Notes under the pieces: generated by a model
What the model was told of the DNA's origin: nothing
The model's input: only the letters and a program-made list of their open reading frames with translations
Database searches by the model: none
Shown here: positions 1-10,142 of the stretch, piece by piece
Numbering within the stretch: position 1 is the stretch's first letter
Layout of the letters: every line of letters begins with the position of its first letter
Made by a program: the position numbers and the translations under genes
DNA from: Myxococcota bacterium
GTDB taxonomy: Bacteria; Myxococcota_A; UBA796; CAJQPC01
DNA length: 64,000 bases
NCBI GenBank assembly: GCA_036229005.1
Contig: JAZAMN010000052.1
Span: forward strand, 192,001 to 256,000
Direction: 5' to 3'

Positions 1-42
1 GCCCCCCCAACTTCACCGGTCGCTGAGACCAGGAGCACACCA

Positions 43-1185
43 ATGTTCGAGCTCTCCGAGGACACCCTCCAGATCCGGGATCTGGCCCGCAGCTTCGCCC
101 GCGATGCCATCCTTCCCGGCGCCGCCGCCCGCGATCTGAGCAAGGAGTACCCCGCCGACCTGGTCGCCCAGCTCGGTGAGATGGGCTTCATGGGCATGTT
201 CATCCCCGAGGAGTACGGTGGCTTCGGTATGTCCATCCTGGACTACGTGGTCGCGCTGGAGGAGATCTCCTACGCCGACGCCTCCGTGGGCGTGGTGATG
301 AGCGTCAACAACAGCCTCGCCTCCTCGCCCATCATCAACTTCGGCACCGAGGCCCAGAAGCAGAAGTACCTGCCCAAGATGGCCACCGCCGAGTGGCTGG
401 GCTGCTACGCGCTGACCGAGCCGGGCGCTGGCTCCGACGCCGCCGCCCAGAAGACCCGCTGCGTCCAGACCGAGGACGGCAACTGGGAGATCAGCGGCAC
501 CAAGATGTGGATCACCAACGGTCCCCAGGCGGACGTGGCCGTGGTCTACGCCAGCATGGACCCGGAGGCCCGTCACAAGGCCGTGTGTGCGTTCATCGTG
601 GAGACCAAGTGGGAGGGCTTCAAGGTCTCCAAGGTCGAGCCCAAGCTGGGCCTGTCCGCCTCGCAGACCGCCGAGCTGGTCTTTGACGGCGTCAAGGTCC
701 CCGCGGAGAACCTGCTGGGGGACGAGCGCGAGGGCTTCAAGGTGGCCATGGGCACCCTGGACGGCGGCCGCATCGGCATCGCCGCGCAGTCCCTGGGCAT
801 CGCGCAGCGCGCCTTCGACCTGGGTCTGGCCTACAGCCAGGAGCGCATGGCCTTCGGCAAGCCCATCGCCACCAAGCAGGCCATCCAGTGGATGCTCGCT
901 GACATGGCCACCCGCATCGAGGCCGCCCGCCTGCTGACCTGGAAGGCCGCCGTCGCCAAGGACAAGGGCGAGCGCGCCAGCCAGCTCTGCTCCATGGCCA
1001 AGCTCTACGCCTCCGAGACCGCCAACTTCTGCGCCGACAAGGCCCTGCAGATCCACGGCGGCTACGGCTACTCCAAGGAGTACGAGGTCGAGCGGCTCTA
1101 CCGCGACGCGCGGATCACGACCCTGTACGAGGGGACCTCCGAGATCCAGCGCCTGGTCATCGCCAAGAGCCTGCTCTCTCGCTGA
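43..1185 (+). CDS. Acyl-CoA dehydrogenase (short/branched-chain type)
   Basis: Motifs ALTEPGAGSD, GTKMWITNG, QIHGGYGY and LYEGTSEIQR; AGGAG RBS upstream. Confidence 0.95.
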   Translation: MFELSEDTLQIRDLARSFARDAILPGAAARDLSKEYPADLVAQLGEMGFMGMFIPEEYGGFGMSILDYVVALEEISYADASVGVVMSVNNSLASSPIINFGTEAQKQKYLPKMATAEWLGCYALTEPGAGSDAAAQKTRCVQTEDGNWEISGTKMWITNGPQADVAVVYASMDPEARHKAVCAFIVETKWEGFKVSKVEPKLGLSASQTAELVFDGVKVPAENLLGDEREGFKVAMGTLDGGRIGIAAQSLGIAQRAFDLGLAYSQERMAFGKPIATKQAIQWMLADMATRIEAARLLTWKAAVAKDKGERASQLCSMAKLYASETANFCADKALQIHGGYGYSKEYEVERLYRDARITTLYEGTSEIQRLVIAKSLLSR

Positions 1186-1212
1186 GGCAGCGCAGACAGA
1201 GCGAAAGCGTCA

Positions 1213-1239
1213 CACCCCGAGGCCCCCGGTCTCGGGGTG
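1213..1239 (+). terminator. GC-rich hairpin after acyl-CoA dehydrogenase
   Basis: CACCCCGAG...CTCGGGGTG inverted repeat ~30 nt after the stop; weak U tract. Confidence 0.45.
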
Positions 1240-1268
1240 CTTGCGTATAGGATGTCGGTCGTCGCCCC

Positions 1269-1901
1269 ATGGCATCGGGGCTGGAGGACCTCCTGCGGAA
1301 GCGGAGCCAAAAGGCTGCGCCGGCTGCCCTCGCGGGCACCAGCAGCATGTATCTGCGTGCGCGGTACCTCCCCAAGGTGCTGCGTGAGCGCCGCTTGGTG
1401 GTCATTTTGGGGCCAAAGGGCGTGGGGAAGGCCAGCGTCGCCCGGCGCGTGCTGCCCTCCGGCTCGCTCACCTTGAGGGGGGACGCCCTGCATGAGGCCT
1501 GCAACCGCGCCGTCCGGCGGCGGGCCTGGCCCAAGGAGATCCTGGAGGCCCCCGGACTCTTCATCAAGGAACCCACGTACCTCCAGCGTCGCCATGGCGT
1601 CACACGCCTGCTGGGCCAGCTCATCGAGAGCCGGGTCGATGGGGGCCTCACCACCGTGGTGAGCGAGGGGCAGGACGACTCCGCGCTGCTGCTGCTGGAT
1701 GCCGTCGAGCCGGGGCAGGGGGTCACCCTGAACCTGCGCTTCCCCAAGCGGGGCGGGCGGATGCGCTTTGCCAGGGCGCGCTGCGAGGACCTGGGGCTGG
1801 ATCCGCGGCTCGCGGCCAGGCTCGAGATCGAGGAGCCCTGGACCTACCTCAAGGTGAGCCGGGCCCTCTACCGGATCCGCAGAGACCGGGAAGAGGGCTG
1901 A
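1269..1901 (+). CDS. Hypothetical P-loop protein, remotely DnaA/Hda AAA+-like
   Basis: Walker A-like ILGPKGVGKA; degenerate Walker B (LFIKEP); GC3-biased frame. Confidence 0.6.
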   Translation: MASGLEDLLRKRSQKAAPAALAGTSSMYLRARYLPKVLRERRLVVILGPKGVGKASVARRVLPSGSLTLRGDALHEACNRAVRRRAWPKEILEAPGLFIKEPTYLQRRHGVTRLLGQLIESRVDGGLTTVVSEGQDDSALLLLDAVEPGQGVTLNLRFPKRGGRMRFARARCEDLGLDPRLAARLEIEEPWTYLKVSRALYRIRRDREEG

Positions 1902-1952
1902 GGCGCTGGCCCCCAAGCTGGGGGGCCCAGCCTACGGAGACACAGCCTGGGC

Positions 1953-2252
1953 TCAGTGGAAGACCTCGTCGGTCACGTCCTCACCGCCGGAGAAGCAGTG
2001 GAACAGGGCCTGGGGGGTGCGGATCAGGCCCCAGGGCAGCCCCCACCAGCCCATCACCCCGCTGAGCAGGATGTAGGGGAATGCCTTGCCAAAGGCCGAC
2101 TCGTCCGCCTTGATGAAGTGGACATCGCTCTTTCGGTAGAAGGTCATGATCAGGATGGAGATCGCGTAGGGGAACACCACAAAGCGACCGCCCTTGGCGA
2201 CCTCGTTCTGGATGTCCGCGTCGCTCATTCCCTCGATGCCCTTGATGCTCAT
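1953..2252 (-). CDS. Small hypothetical membrane protein (99 aa)
   Basis: MSIKGIEGMS... start preceded by AAGGAG; hydrophobic GWWGLPWG segment. Confidence 0.8.
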   Translation of the reverse strand: MSIKGIEGMSDADIQNEVAKGGRFVVFPYAISILIMTFYRKSDVHFIKADESAFGKAFPYILLSGVMGWWGLPWGLIRTPQALFHCFSGGEDVTDEVFH

Positions 2253-2353
2253 TGCTGCTCCTTGGCGGCGCTGGCCGCGTTCTCTCTCTCGGGGGATGGC
2301 AACGCTGGCTGGCGCCGCATCCTTACGCTGGGATCTCCCAGGTGCGCGGCAGA

Positions 2354-3184
2354 TTAGTCGGCGGCCGGCGGATTGGAAAGCCCGAGCTCCCCCAGGAAGC
2401 GCTCGACGGCCTCCGCGGGCTCCGGGAGCAGCTCGAGATCGGCGTTGTGGTCCACGTCTGCGACCTCGACGTAGCGGGCGTTGGGCAGGGCCTCGGCCAG
2501 GGCGCGCCCGTGGCTCACCGGGATCAGCTCGTCCGCCTGGCTGTGGGTGACCAGGGTGGGGACCGCCACCTGCGGGGCCCGATCGATGCTCCGGAAGGGG
2601 CTGCGCATCAGCAGGCCGGCGGGCACGACCGGGAAGCGCCTCCAGGCTACGTTCGCGATGGACTTGAAGGTGCTCTCCAGGATCAGCCCCGCTGGGCCGG
2701 GCCCCTCGATCTGCGAGAGCACGCCGAGCGCGACCCCGCCGCCGAGGGACTTGGCGTGCACCAGGATGCGCTCCGGTGGGTGGGTGCGCAGGGCCTCCTC
2801 CCAGGCCGCCAGGCCGTCCGTGATCAGCCCGTCCTCGCTTGGGACTCCAGGGCTGCCAGGGTAGCCGCGGTAGTTGACGTGAAGCGTTGCAAATCCCCGC
2901 TCCAGGTACCGCTCCTCCCTCTCTTGCCAGCCCCCGACAGTGGCGGCGTTCCCCGAGAAGAAGAGCACCAGCTTGTCTGCGTCCCCCCGTCGCCAGGCGT
3001 AGAGCGGCATTCCCTGGGCGTTGACGACGGTGCGCTCCTGGACGCCGAGCCTGCGTGCCTCGGCCTGCAGCGCGCTGCGGGGGAGCTCCGGCGCTGGAAA
3101 CACCATCCGGGTCTCCATCAAGAGGAGCCCGGCGACAGCGACGCCCCACACGACCAGCAGGGCGATCAGCAGCTTGACCAGCAC
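2354..3184 (-). CDS. Alpha/beta hydrolase (ABHD12/13, Bem46-like)
   Basis: N-terminal TM; FFSGNA, YRGYPGSPG, AKSLGG nucleophile elbow, DELIP, H near C-terminus. Confidence 0.9.
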   Translation of the reverse strand: MLVKLLIALLVVWGVAVAGLLLMETRMVFPAPELPRSALQAEARRLGVQERTVVNAQGMPLYAWRRGDADKLVLFFSGNAATVGGWQEREERYLERGFATLHVNYRGYPGSPGVPSEDGLITDGLAAWEEALRTHPPERILVHAKSLGGGVALGVLSQIEGPGPAGLILESTFKSIANVAWRRFPVVPAGLLMRSPFRSIDRAPQVAVPTLVTHSQADELIPVSHGRALAEALPNARYVEVADVDHNADLELLPEPAEAVERFLGELGLSNPPAAD

Positions 3185-3189
3185 GGGTC

Positions 3190-5667
3190 TCAGTTCTCGA
3201 TGTAGCCGAGCGCCTGCAGCTCAGCTTCCATGTCGGCGTCCCGGGAGGTCGTGGTCTCGACGTGGTCCTCCACCCGATCCTGGACCAGGATCACCACGCC
3301 GCGCTCCACCCGCAGCTTGCTCCGGCCCACGCTCACGGGCACACCCGGCACCAGCTTCACGCGCTCCTCGCCCACCATCACCTCGGCGCTGCCGTCCTGT
3401 GGGAGGGTCAGCAGGAGGGTCCCGCGGGGGGACTCGCCCGGGTTGAAGGTGAAGGACTCGCGGTTGGGGGCCATGTCGATGCTGCCGATCTCGTGCTTCC
3501 AGACGGCGGGCATGTCGCCCCACTCGATGTTCGCGCGGCGCTTGCTCGCGGCCTCGGGGTCCATGACCTGGGCGTCGACGGGCTGGTCAAAGAGGAAGAT
3601 GAGGGGCTCAGCGACCCGGTCCAGGTGCACACGCAGGCCCTCACCGACCGGGAACCCGGTGGCCTCCGCCATCTTTGCCTGCAGCTCCACCGTCGAGGAC
3701 ACGCTGGCGAGATCCTGCTGCTCGTCGGGATCCTGGGTCAGGTCGTAGAGCTCCTGGCGGCCGTCCCAGGTGCGCAGGATGTACTTCTTCCCGCCAAAGA
3801 CCACGCCCCAGAGCTCCTGGTCGTACATCAGGTGCCCGAGCTGAAGGGGGCGGCTGTCCAGAGCCTGCTGGAGGGCCGGCAGCTCCGCGCTCTGGGAGGC
3901 GTCCAGGTAGGGGCGCAGGCTGGTTCCATCGAGCTCCGGCCAGTCCTGCTGCGGGATGCCGACCATGTCGTAGAGCGTGGGGGCGATGTCGATCAGCGAG
4001 ACCGGCTCGCTGACCCGGTGGGGGCCGCCGCCCCAGCCGCCGGGGGGACGGATCCACAGGTTGGCCTGGGTGACCTCGTCGTAGAGGGTGTGGTTGTGCT
4101 CGTAGGAGCCGTGCTCCCAGAACTCCTCGCCGTGGTCGGAGTGGATCACGACCAGGGTCTCGCCCTCCAGGGAGAGCAGCCAGCCCAGCCAGGCGGCGAG
4201 CTGGTCGCTCAGGTAGCGGACCTCGCCCCAGTAGCGCTCCTCCAGCCAGAGCTTGTTCTCGTCCGTGAGCTTGGAGCCCATGCCCAGGATCTTCCAGCGG
4301 TTCATCTCCGCTTCCAGGGGGCCGGCGTCGCTCTCCACGTACATGTTCTTGTAGCGGCCGGGCGCCCGGTAGAAGTTGTGGGCGTCCATCAGGTGCAGGA
4401 AGAGCAGGCTGTCGCGGTCCGGGTTGGCCTCGATGAAGCGCGTGGCGCGATCGAGCTGCACGTCCGCGTCCACGGAGTTCTCGAACACCCAGCTATCGTA
4501 GCCGTCGTTGAACCCAAAGCGCGGCACCAGGTGGACGTTCGCGGTCACGCCGCCGGTCACGAAGCCGGCGTCCCGCAGGGTCTCGCCAAAGGTCTGCGCG
4601 TCGATGGCCTGCACCGGGTAGCGGCCGGTGGTGCTGCTCCGGAAGCTGGGTCGGGTGCGCGGCGCGGGGGCGTAGGCCATGTCGAAGACCAGGCTGCTGT
4701 CGGCGATGGGCTGCAGCGCGACGGAGACGTCCTTGTCGTTGCCGTGCTGGCTCATCACGTCGTAGCGCAGGGTGTCGATGCCGATGACCACCACGCGGCG
4801 CACGGGGCCCTTGGGCGTGCCGGTCAGCAGCGGCTCGGCGATGAACAGGGTGTCCCACTCGGCGCTCTTGCCGGGGTCGGACTCGAAGGTCAGGCGCACC
4901 GACTTGCCGGCGTAGGCGCTCAGGTCCACGCTCAGGTCATCGAAGTCGGCGTCGGTGGCCTTGGCCGAGGCGACCTCCTGCTCATCGACCAGGATGTGCA
5001 GGGTGGCGCCGTCGGAGCGGGCCCCGCCCTCCGGGTCGATGAGGGCCACGGCGGTGTCCAGGCGCGCCCCCTCCGGGACCTGCAGCTCCACCGTGAAGCG
5101 CGCGGGCGCTGGCAGCAGCATGCCCGAGCGGGTCTCGGTCTTCTTGCCCTGCTTCACCGTGTGCTGGTGGTGCAGGTAGTCCTGGGGCTCGAGGCCAGAG
5201 CTGGCGGGGTCCAGGCGGGCCTGGCTGTCCCGGAGCTCCAGGGAGATGAAGGTGACGGGCGTGTCCTGCTCGCTGGGGTCCTGCTCGGTCTGCAGGTGGA
5301 TCTGTCCGTCCTCCAGGCTCCACTCGCGGCCGTACTCCAGGATGCGGTCGCCCTGCACCAGGCTCACCCCAGCCGGGGCGCTGCGGTACTTCTTGCCGGC
5401 CTTGAAGGGGACCGGAGAGCTGTGCTTCCACGCGCCGGAGCCGGCCCTGCGCCACCCCACGTCCAGCACCACGGCGCCAGGGGGAGGGGAGCCTTCGGGG
5501 AGCACGCTCTCGGGGAGCTGGAGCTCCACTGGGGACAGCGCGCTGACGTGCACGGTGTTGTCGCTACCGACCTCCAGACCGCCGGAGGGCTGTGTGCTCT
5601 GCGCTGGGGGGATCTCCGCCGTTGGCGTGCAAGCGGGGATCAGCAAGGACAGCAGGGTCGGAAACAA
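3190..5667 (-). CDS. Sulfatase/alkaline-phosphatase-superfamily lipoprotein
   Basis: IGIDTLRYD, TRPSFRSSTTGRYP, HSDHGEEFWEHG, ELYDLTQDPDEQ; probable TTG start with GAGG RBS and lipobox LIPAC (ORF is open to 5772). Confidence 0.85.
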   Translation of the reverse strand: MFPTLLSLLIPACTPTAEIPPAQSTQPSGGLEVGSDNTVHVSALSPVELQLPESVLPEGSPPPGAVVLDVGWRRAGSGAWKHSSPVPFKAGKKYRSAPAGVSLVQGDRILEYGREWSLEDGQIHLQTEQDPSEQDTPVTFISLELRDSQARLDPASSGLEPQDYLHHQHTVKQGKKTETRSGMLLPAPARFTVELQVPEGARLDTAVALIDPEGGARSDGATLHILVDEQEVASAKATDADFDDLSVDLSAYAGKSVRLTFESDPGKSAEWDTLFIAEPLLTGTPKGPVRRVVVIGIDTLRYDVMSQHGNDKDVSVALQPIADSSLVFDMAYAPAPRTRPSFRSSTTGRYPVQAIDAQTFGETLRDAGFVTGGVTANVHLVPRFGFNDGYDSWVFENSVDADVQLDRATRFIEANPDRDSLLFLHLMDAHNFYRAPGRYKNMYVESDAGPLEAEMNRWKILGMGSKLTDENKLWLEERYWGEVRYLSDQLAAWLGWLLSLEGETLVVIHSDHGEEFWEHGSYEHNHTLYDEVTQANLWIRPPGGWGGGPHRVSEPVSLIDIAPTLYDMVGIPQQDWPELDGTSLRPYLDASQSAELPALQQALDSRPLQLGHLMYDQELWGVVFGGKKYILRTWDGRQELYDLTQDPDEQQDLASVSSTVELQAKMAEATGFPVGEGLRVHLDRVAEPLIFLFDQPVDAQVMDPEAASKRRANIEWGDMPAVWKHEIGSIDMAPNRESFTFNPGESPRGTLLLTLPQDGSAEVMVGEERVKLVPGVPVSVGRSKLRVERGVVILVQDRVEDHVETTTSRDADMEAELQALGYIEN

Positions 5668-5738
5668 GAACGCACCTCTCTGGCTGGCCCTGTTAACCCG
5701 TGATTGCAGGGCCCTGCCCGCCTGCACGGAGCTTGCCG

Positions 5739-6260
5739 ATGTCCGACACCCCCAAGCGCGGAACCCTCGCATACACGATGGCCACGTGGATCCATGCCCT
5801 GCACCAATCCGGGATCACCGCCGCGGACCCTGGTGTGCAGGAGGCCTGCGCGCGCCTGGCCGCAGACGAGGACAACGAGGAGGCCGGCGAAGCCCTGGTC
5901 GCGCTGCTCCGCGCGCAGCTCGGTGACGGTGAGCTCGGCGACGCCCAGGTGCTCGCAGCGCAGCTCTACGGGACCGCCACGGTGGCCACCGGGCTCGGGG
6001 AGTCGCGGCGTCAGGCCCTCCGGGAGGCCCGCCGCTACCAGTTCCAGCGGGGGCTGCCCTGGATGGCGTGCATCGTCGATCGCTTCCCTGACGGCAGCGT
6101 GGGGCCGCACTGGGTGCTGGTCGAGGCGCTGGACATGCAGGTCACCTGCCTGGATCCCTACCCCTGGGACGACATCGACGAGACCCTCACCCAGCCCCTG
6201 GTGGATTTCCTGGTCAAGTGGGAGCTGGGCGGCATGGAGGGGCTGCGCTGGGTCGGCTGA
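5739..6260 (+). CDS. Hypothetical protein, possible C39-like/papain fold
   Basis: GPHWVLV...CLDP His/Asp pattern; GGAG RBS before MSDTPK. Confidence 0.6.
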   Translation: MSDTPKRGTLAYTMATWIHALHQSGITAADPGVQEACARLAADEDNEEAGEALVALLRAQLGDGELGDAQVLAAQLYGTATVATGLGESRRQALREARRYQFQRGLPWMACIVDRFPDGSVGPHWVLVEALDMQVTCLDPYPWDDIDETLTQPLVDFLVKWELGGMEGLRWVG

Positions 6261-6320
6261 GTGCTGTCAGAAAGGGCCTCACAGAGCGGGCCCCACTGAA
6301 CTGGCCCCACTGAACCGGGC

Positions 6321-9143
6321 TCAGGGGCCGAAGAAGATCCCGACCTCGCCCGCCCGAGTGGTGGACCCGCGCTTTATGCCCTCGCTGCCGACCACCCACT
6401 CGGCGCTGCCGTCGCCGTCCAGGTCCCCCAGGATCGCGGGGGCCCGGCCGGTGTAGCTGCCGCCCGCTGAGCCCTGCACCCAGGCCTTGGCGGAGTCGTC
6501 CATGTGCAACCCCGTCGTCCACGCCGTGTAGCCGGCGCCGGAGATCAGCCAGAGGGTCCCGCTGTTGTTGGGGCTGTCCGTGGCGTAGGCCCCGCTGGTC
6601 CAGTCCTGGACGCCATCGCCGTCCACGTCGCCCACGGCCAGGTCCCAGCCCAGGCGGTCGTCCGCGCCGCTGCTGCCCCAGCTCGCGTCCGCGCTGCTGC
6701 TGGCCAGGGTCCCGGAGAGTCCGCTGCCGCCGAAGAAGAAGTAGACGCCGCCGGCCGAGCTCCCGTCCACGGACGCTGTGCGCGCCCCCAGGAGCAGCTC
6801 GTCTGCGCCGTCGCCGTCCAGATCCTGGAGGGAGGCCCCGCTGATGCCCAGGTTCTCGCCGGCTGCACCGGTGAAGGTGGCCTGCGCCAGGCTGGAGACG
6901 CTCCCGGAGCTCAGGCTGCTGCCCTCCAGCAGGTAGGCGGCGCCTGCGCCCGAGTCGGCGTTGTAGGCCCCAAGCAACAGGTCGTCGTTGCCGTCGCCGT
7001 CCACATCGCCCAGCGCGCGCACGGCGTTGAAGCCCAGGCGGTCCTTCTCCGCGGCGCCCAGGATCTCGTAGTCCGCGTCCTGCGCGCCCAGGCTGCCTGC
7101 GAGGCCGCTGCCGCCCAGGAACACATAGACCGCGCCCGCTGCGGACGCCGCGCTGTCCTCGTACGCCGCGGCGATCAGCAGGTCCGAGACCCCGTCGCCG
7201 TCCACGTCGGCGCTCCCAAGGCCGTCACCCAACAGGTCCTTGTCCGCGCTCCCGCTGATGACCAGCGCAGCGTCGTCGCTCACGCTGCCACCGCTGCCCC
7301 AGCTCCCTGCGTCGCCGCCGCTCAACAGGTAGACCACGCCCCGTTGGGTGCCGCCTCCGGCTGCGGTGGGGGCTCCGAGCAGCAGGTCCGCCAGGCCATC
7401 CGCGTCCGCGTCCCCGGCTGCCGCGATGCCCTGGTCCGTTCCCAGGCCGTCAGCCGCTGCGGCCCCCTCCCACCACGCGTCCGCGTCGTCGTCATCCAGG
7501 GTGCCGCTCAGCGATGCGCTGGACCAGAACCAGACGGCGCCTCGGCCGTTGTCGTAGCCCTCGCCAGCCACCAGCAGGTCGTCGCCGCCGTCGCCGTCCA
7601 CGTCTCCCAGGGCCACCACGGTGGAGCCAAAGGCGGCCTTGGTGTGGGAGCCGCGCAGGCGTACGTCGGCGTCTGCGGGGGCGTAGCCACCCGAGAGCGC
7701 GGACTCCAGGTCCAGCTCGTCGAAGTCGGAGACCAGGTCGCTGCCGTCGCTCACCTTGAGCTTGCACCAGACCGTGTCGCCGCCGGAGAGCCCCGTGGTG
7801 TCGAATGTCTGCGTGTTCACGCCCTGGTTGGTCCCGTTGACCTTCCACACAAAGGTCTCGGTCAGCACATCCGCTGGATCCAGGTCCACCGAGCTCGTCA
7901 GCACCGCGCAGGTGAGCGTGTCGCCCGCGTAGGCCTCCTGCGGTTGGAGCTGAACCTCCGGCTTGCTGGGCGGGCTGTTGAGCACAAAGGTGTGCTCGCT
8001 CTCCACCGGCGCGCTGTCGTCCAGACCATCGTTGGCGGTGGCGGCGCACCACACCTCGTTGCCGCGGTCGAAGTCCGCGCCGTCCAGATACTCGCCGCTG
8101 TCGACTAGGCTGCCGTTCACGTACCAGTCCAGACGCACGCTGACGGCGTCGCCCTCGGGGTCGGAGGCCACGGCGCTGCAGGTCAGCGCGCCGCTCTCAT
8201 CCACGGGGGCGCCGGAGAGGCTCACCGAATCGACCACCGGGGGCGCGTTCGCGATCACGGCCTCGGCGCGCCGCACGGTCGCCTCACTCGAGGTCGCGCT
8301 CACCTCGCAGGCCAGGGTGACCCCTCGCTCCAGGGGCCCCAAGCGGCTGTCCGCCGAGCCGCTGTCCACGCCGTCCACCAGCCAGCGCGCGGAGATCGAG
8401 GTGACCTCGTCGCCGTCCGGATCGAAGGCCTCGTAGTCGCAGCGCACCCGATCCTGGGAGGTGGGGGCGGCAGGGTCCAGCGCCACGTTGACCACCGGAC
8501 CCGAGTTCTCGATCGCGACCGTCGCATCCGCCTGGACGCTCAGCTCGCCGTCCGAGACGTCCATCACGACCTGCCAGGTCTGCCCCAGCTCCGTCACGCC
8601 CTCGGGGATGTCGTAGAGGTCCTGGTACTCGGCGCGCTCCACCCCGTCGGCATACCACCGCAGACCGATCTGCAGCGGCTGCCCCTCGGGATCCTCGGCA
8701 TCGGCGAGGACCTCGAGTCGCAGGCTCTCGCCGTTCACCGGATCGCTGGGCGAGATGGCCAACTCGGGCAGGGTGGGGGGCTGGTTGCTGAGCTGCTCGA
8801 CCTGCACGCTGGCCTGGCCCCGGTTGCTCGCGGGGTCCACCGCGATGACCTGCAGGGTGTGTACACCCTCGCTCAGGGTGGCGCTCAGGCTGAACGCACC
8901 CTGGGTGGTCGGCGTGCCCGTGGCCAGCTCTCCGTCCAGGTCGCTGACCAGCGTGAGGCTGAGCTCACCCAGCGCGTCGTCAGGGTCCGAGACCAACCCG
9001 CTGACCTGCACCGGGACCCCGAGCGTGAGGGGGTCACCCGAGCTGGGCTCGAGGATCTCCACGCTGGGCGCCAGCGCCTTGTAGTAGGCCCCCGGGGCTG
9101 GGGCCCAGTCTGCGCTGCACGCGAGGGAGAACAACCACAACAT
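6321..9143 (-). CDS. Lipoprotein with Ig-like repeats and FG-GAP (integrin-alpha) propeller
   Basis: Repeated GDVDGDGxDDLL and DPEG/DPDG motifs; AAGGAG RBS; MLWLFSLAC start. Confidence 0.88.
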   Translation of the reverse strand: MLWLFSLACSADWAPAPGAYYKALAPSVEILEPSSGDPLTLGVPVQVSGLVSDPDDALGELSLTLVSDLDGELATGTPTTQGAFSLSATLSEGVHTLQVIAVDPASNRGQASVQVEQLSNQPPTLPELAISPSDPVNGESLRLEVLADAEDPEGQPLQIGLRWYADGVERAEYQDLYDIPEGVTELGQTWQVVMDVSDGELSVQADATVAIENSGPVVNVALDPAAPTSQDRVRCDYEAFDPDGDEVTSISARWLVDGVDSGSADSRLGPLERGVTLACEVSATSSEATVRRAEAVIANAPPVVDSVSLSGAPVDESGALTCSAVASDPEGDAVSVRLDWYVNGSLVDSGEYLDGADFDRGNEVWCAATANDGLDDSAPVESEHTFVLNSPPSKPEVQLQPQEAYAGDTLTCAVLTSSVDLDPADVLTETFVWKVNGTNQGVNTQTFDTTGLSGGDTVWCKLKVSDGSDLVSDFDELDLESALSGGYAPADADVRLRGSHTKAAFGSTVVALGDVDGDGGDDLLVAGEGYDNGRGAVWFWSSASLSGTLDDDDADAWWEGAAAADGLGTDQGIAAAGDADADGLADLLLGAPTAAGGGTQRGVVYLLSGGDAGSWGSGGSVSDDAALVISGSADKDLLGDGLGSADVDGDGVSDLLIAAAYEDSAASAAGAVYVFLGGSGLAGSLGAQDADYEILGAAEKDRLGFNAVRALGDVDGDGNDDLLLGAYNADSGAGAAYLLEGSSLSSGSVSSLAQATFTGAAGENLGISGASLQDLDGDGADELLLGARTASVDGSSAGGVYFFFGGSGLSGTLASSSADASWGSSGADDRLGWDLAVGDVDGDGVQDWTSGAYATDSPNNSGTLWLISGAGYTAWTTGLHMDDSAKAWVQGSAGGSYTGRAPAILGDLDGDGSAEWVVGSEGIKRGSTTRAGEVGIFFGP

Positions 9144-9262
9144 CGAGCTTCGCTCCTTGAGCCACCATACCCGCCAGCAATCTGGCCGGTTAGGGCCGCG
9201 CCCACCATCGGGAGCTTCCCTTGCTGACCTGGACCCCATCCGGCGCTGTCGAGAGCCCCAGC

Positions 9263-10129
9263 ATGGTCCAAGTGCGTGTCCAGCGCTCCTATCCCGGTAG
9301 GGTGCGCGCCGGGGCCCCGGTCCCGACTCGCTCCATGACCACGCAGGAGATCCGGGACAACCTGCACTACTTCGCCGTCACCCTGGACGGTCCGCGCACC
9401 CGCGCCTGCACGCGGCTTGTGCTCTCCGGCGTGGGCGTCGCCGCCAGGCCCGACACCCCAGAGCTGCTCGCGCAGGCCCGCGAATGGGGGATCGGGCACG
9501 TGGTCCTGCACCTGGGGCGGGACGATCTGGACATCGTGGACCCCGCTGTGTTCGCCGGCAAGGTCGATGCCCTCGTGGTGCCCGTCCAGCCTGGCCCCAC
9601 CGGGGGGGCGGTGGCGGACGCGACCCGCGTGATCCAGGCCTGCCAGGCCGCCGGGATCCAGGTCGTGGCCAACACGGTGCTCTCGCCGCTGGCCCTCAAG
9701 GATCTGCTCCCCGCGGCCCGCGCGGTGGTCGCCTCCGGGGCCCAGCGCGTGTCCCTGAGCTACCCCTTCCCGATCGCCGGGAACGTGGCCGGAAACGTCG
9801 CGCCGATCGCGGCCACCCTCCAGGCGCTGGGGGCCGCCGTCGGGCTGCTGGAGCGGTCTGGTGTGCAGGTCTCCATCAAGGGGCTGCCCGGGTGCTATCT
9901 GGGCGATCTGGCGCGGCTGATCCACCGCAGCGCCAACCGCTGGTACGTGGACGCCGATCACCAGCTCGATCGCGCCGTGCTGTTCTTCCCGGGGGTCGTG
10001 TCCTTCACCAAGCGCGAGGTCTGCCGCTTCTGCGCCCTGGATGGCCAGTGCGATGGCTTCTTCGCGACCTACCTGCGGCGGCCTGGCTACCCCGCCCTCA
10101 AGGCCGTCGAGCCCAGCCCGACCTCGTAG
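9263..10129 (+). CDS. Radical-SAM-like protein lacking the CxxxCxxC motif
   Basis: MTTQEI, LVLSG, VVANTV, GLPGC and C-terminal CRFCALDGQCDG; no N-terminal Cys triad. Confidence 0.65.
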   Translation: MVQVRVQRSYPGRVRAGAPVPTRSMTTQEIRDNLHYFAVTLDGPRTRACTRLVLSGVGVAARPDTPELLAQAREWGIGHVVLHLGRDDLDIVDPAVFAGKVDALVVPVQPGPTGGAVADATRVIQACQAAGIQVVANTVLSPLALKDLLPAARAVVASGAQRVSLSYPFPIAGNVAGNVAPIAATLQALGAAVGLLERSGVQVSIKGLPGCYLGDLARLIHRSANRWYVDADHQLDRAVLFFPGVVSFTKREVCRFCALDGQCDGFFATYLRRPGYPALKAVEPSPTS

Positions 10130-10142
10130 GGGAGCGGATCCT

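Noticed and set aside
6288..6316. Short direct repeat GGCCCCACTGAAC x2
   Set aside because: Only two adjacent copies between convergent genes, with no further support.
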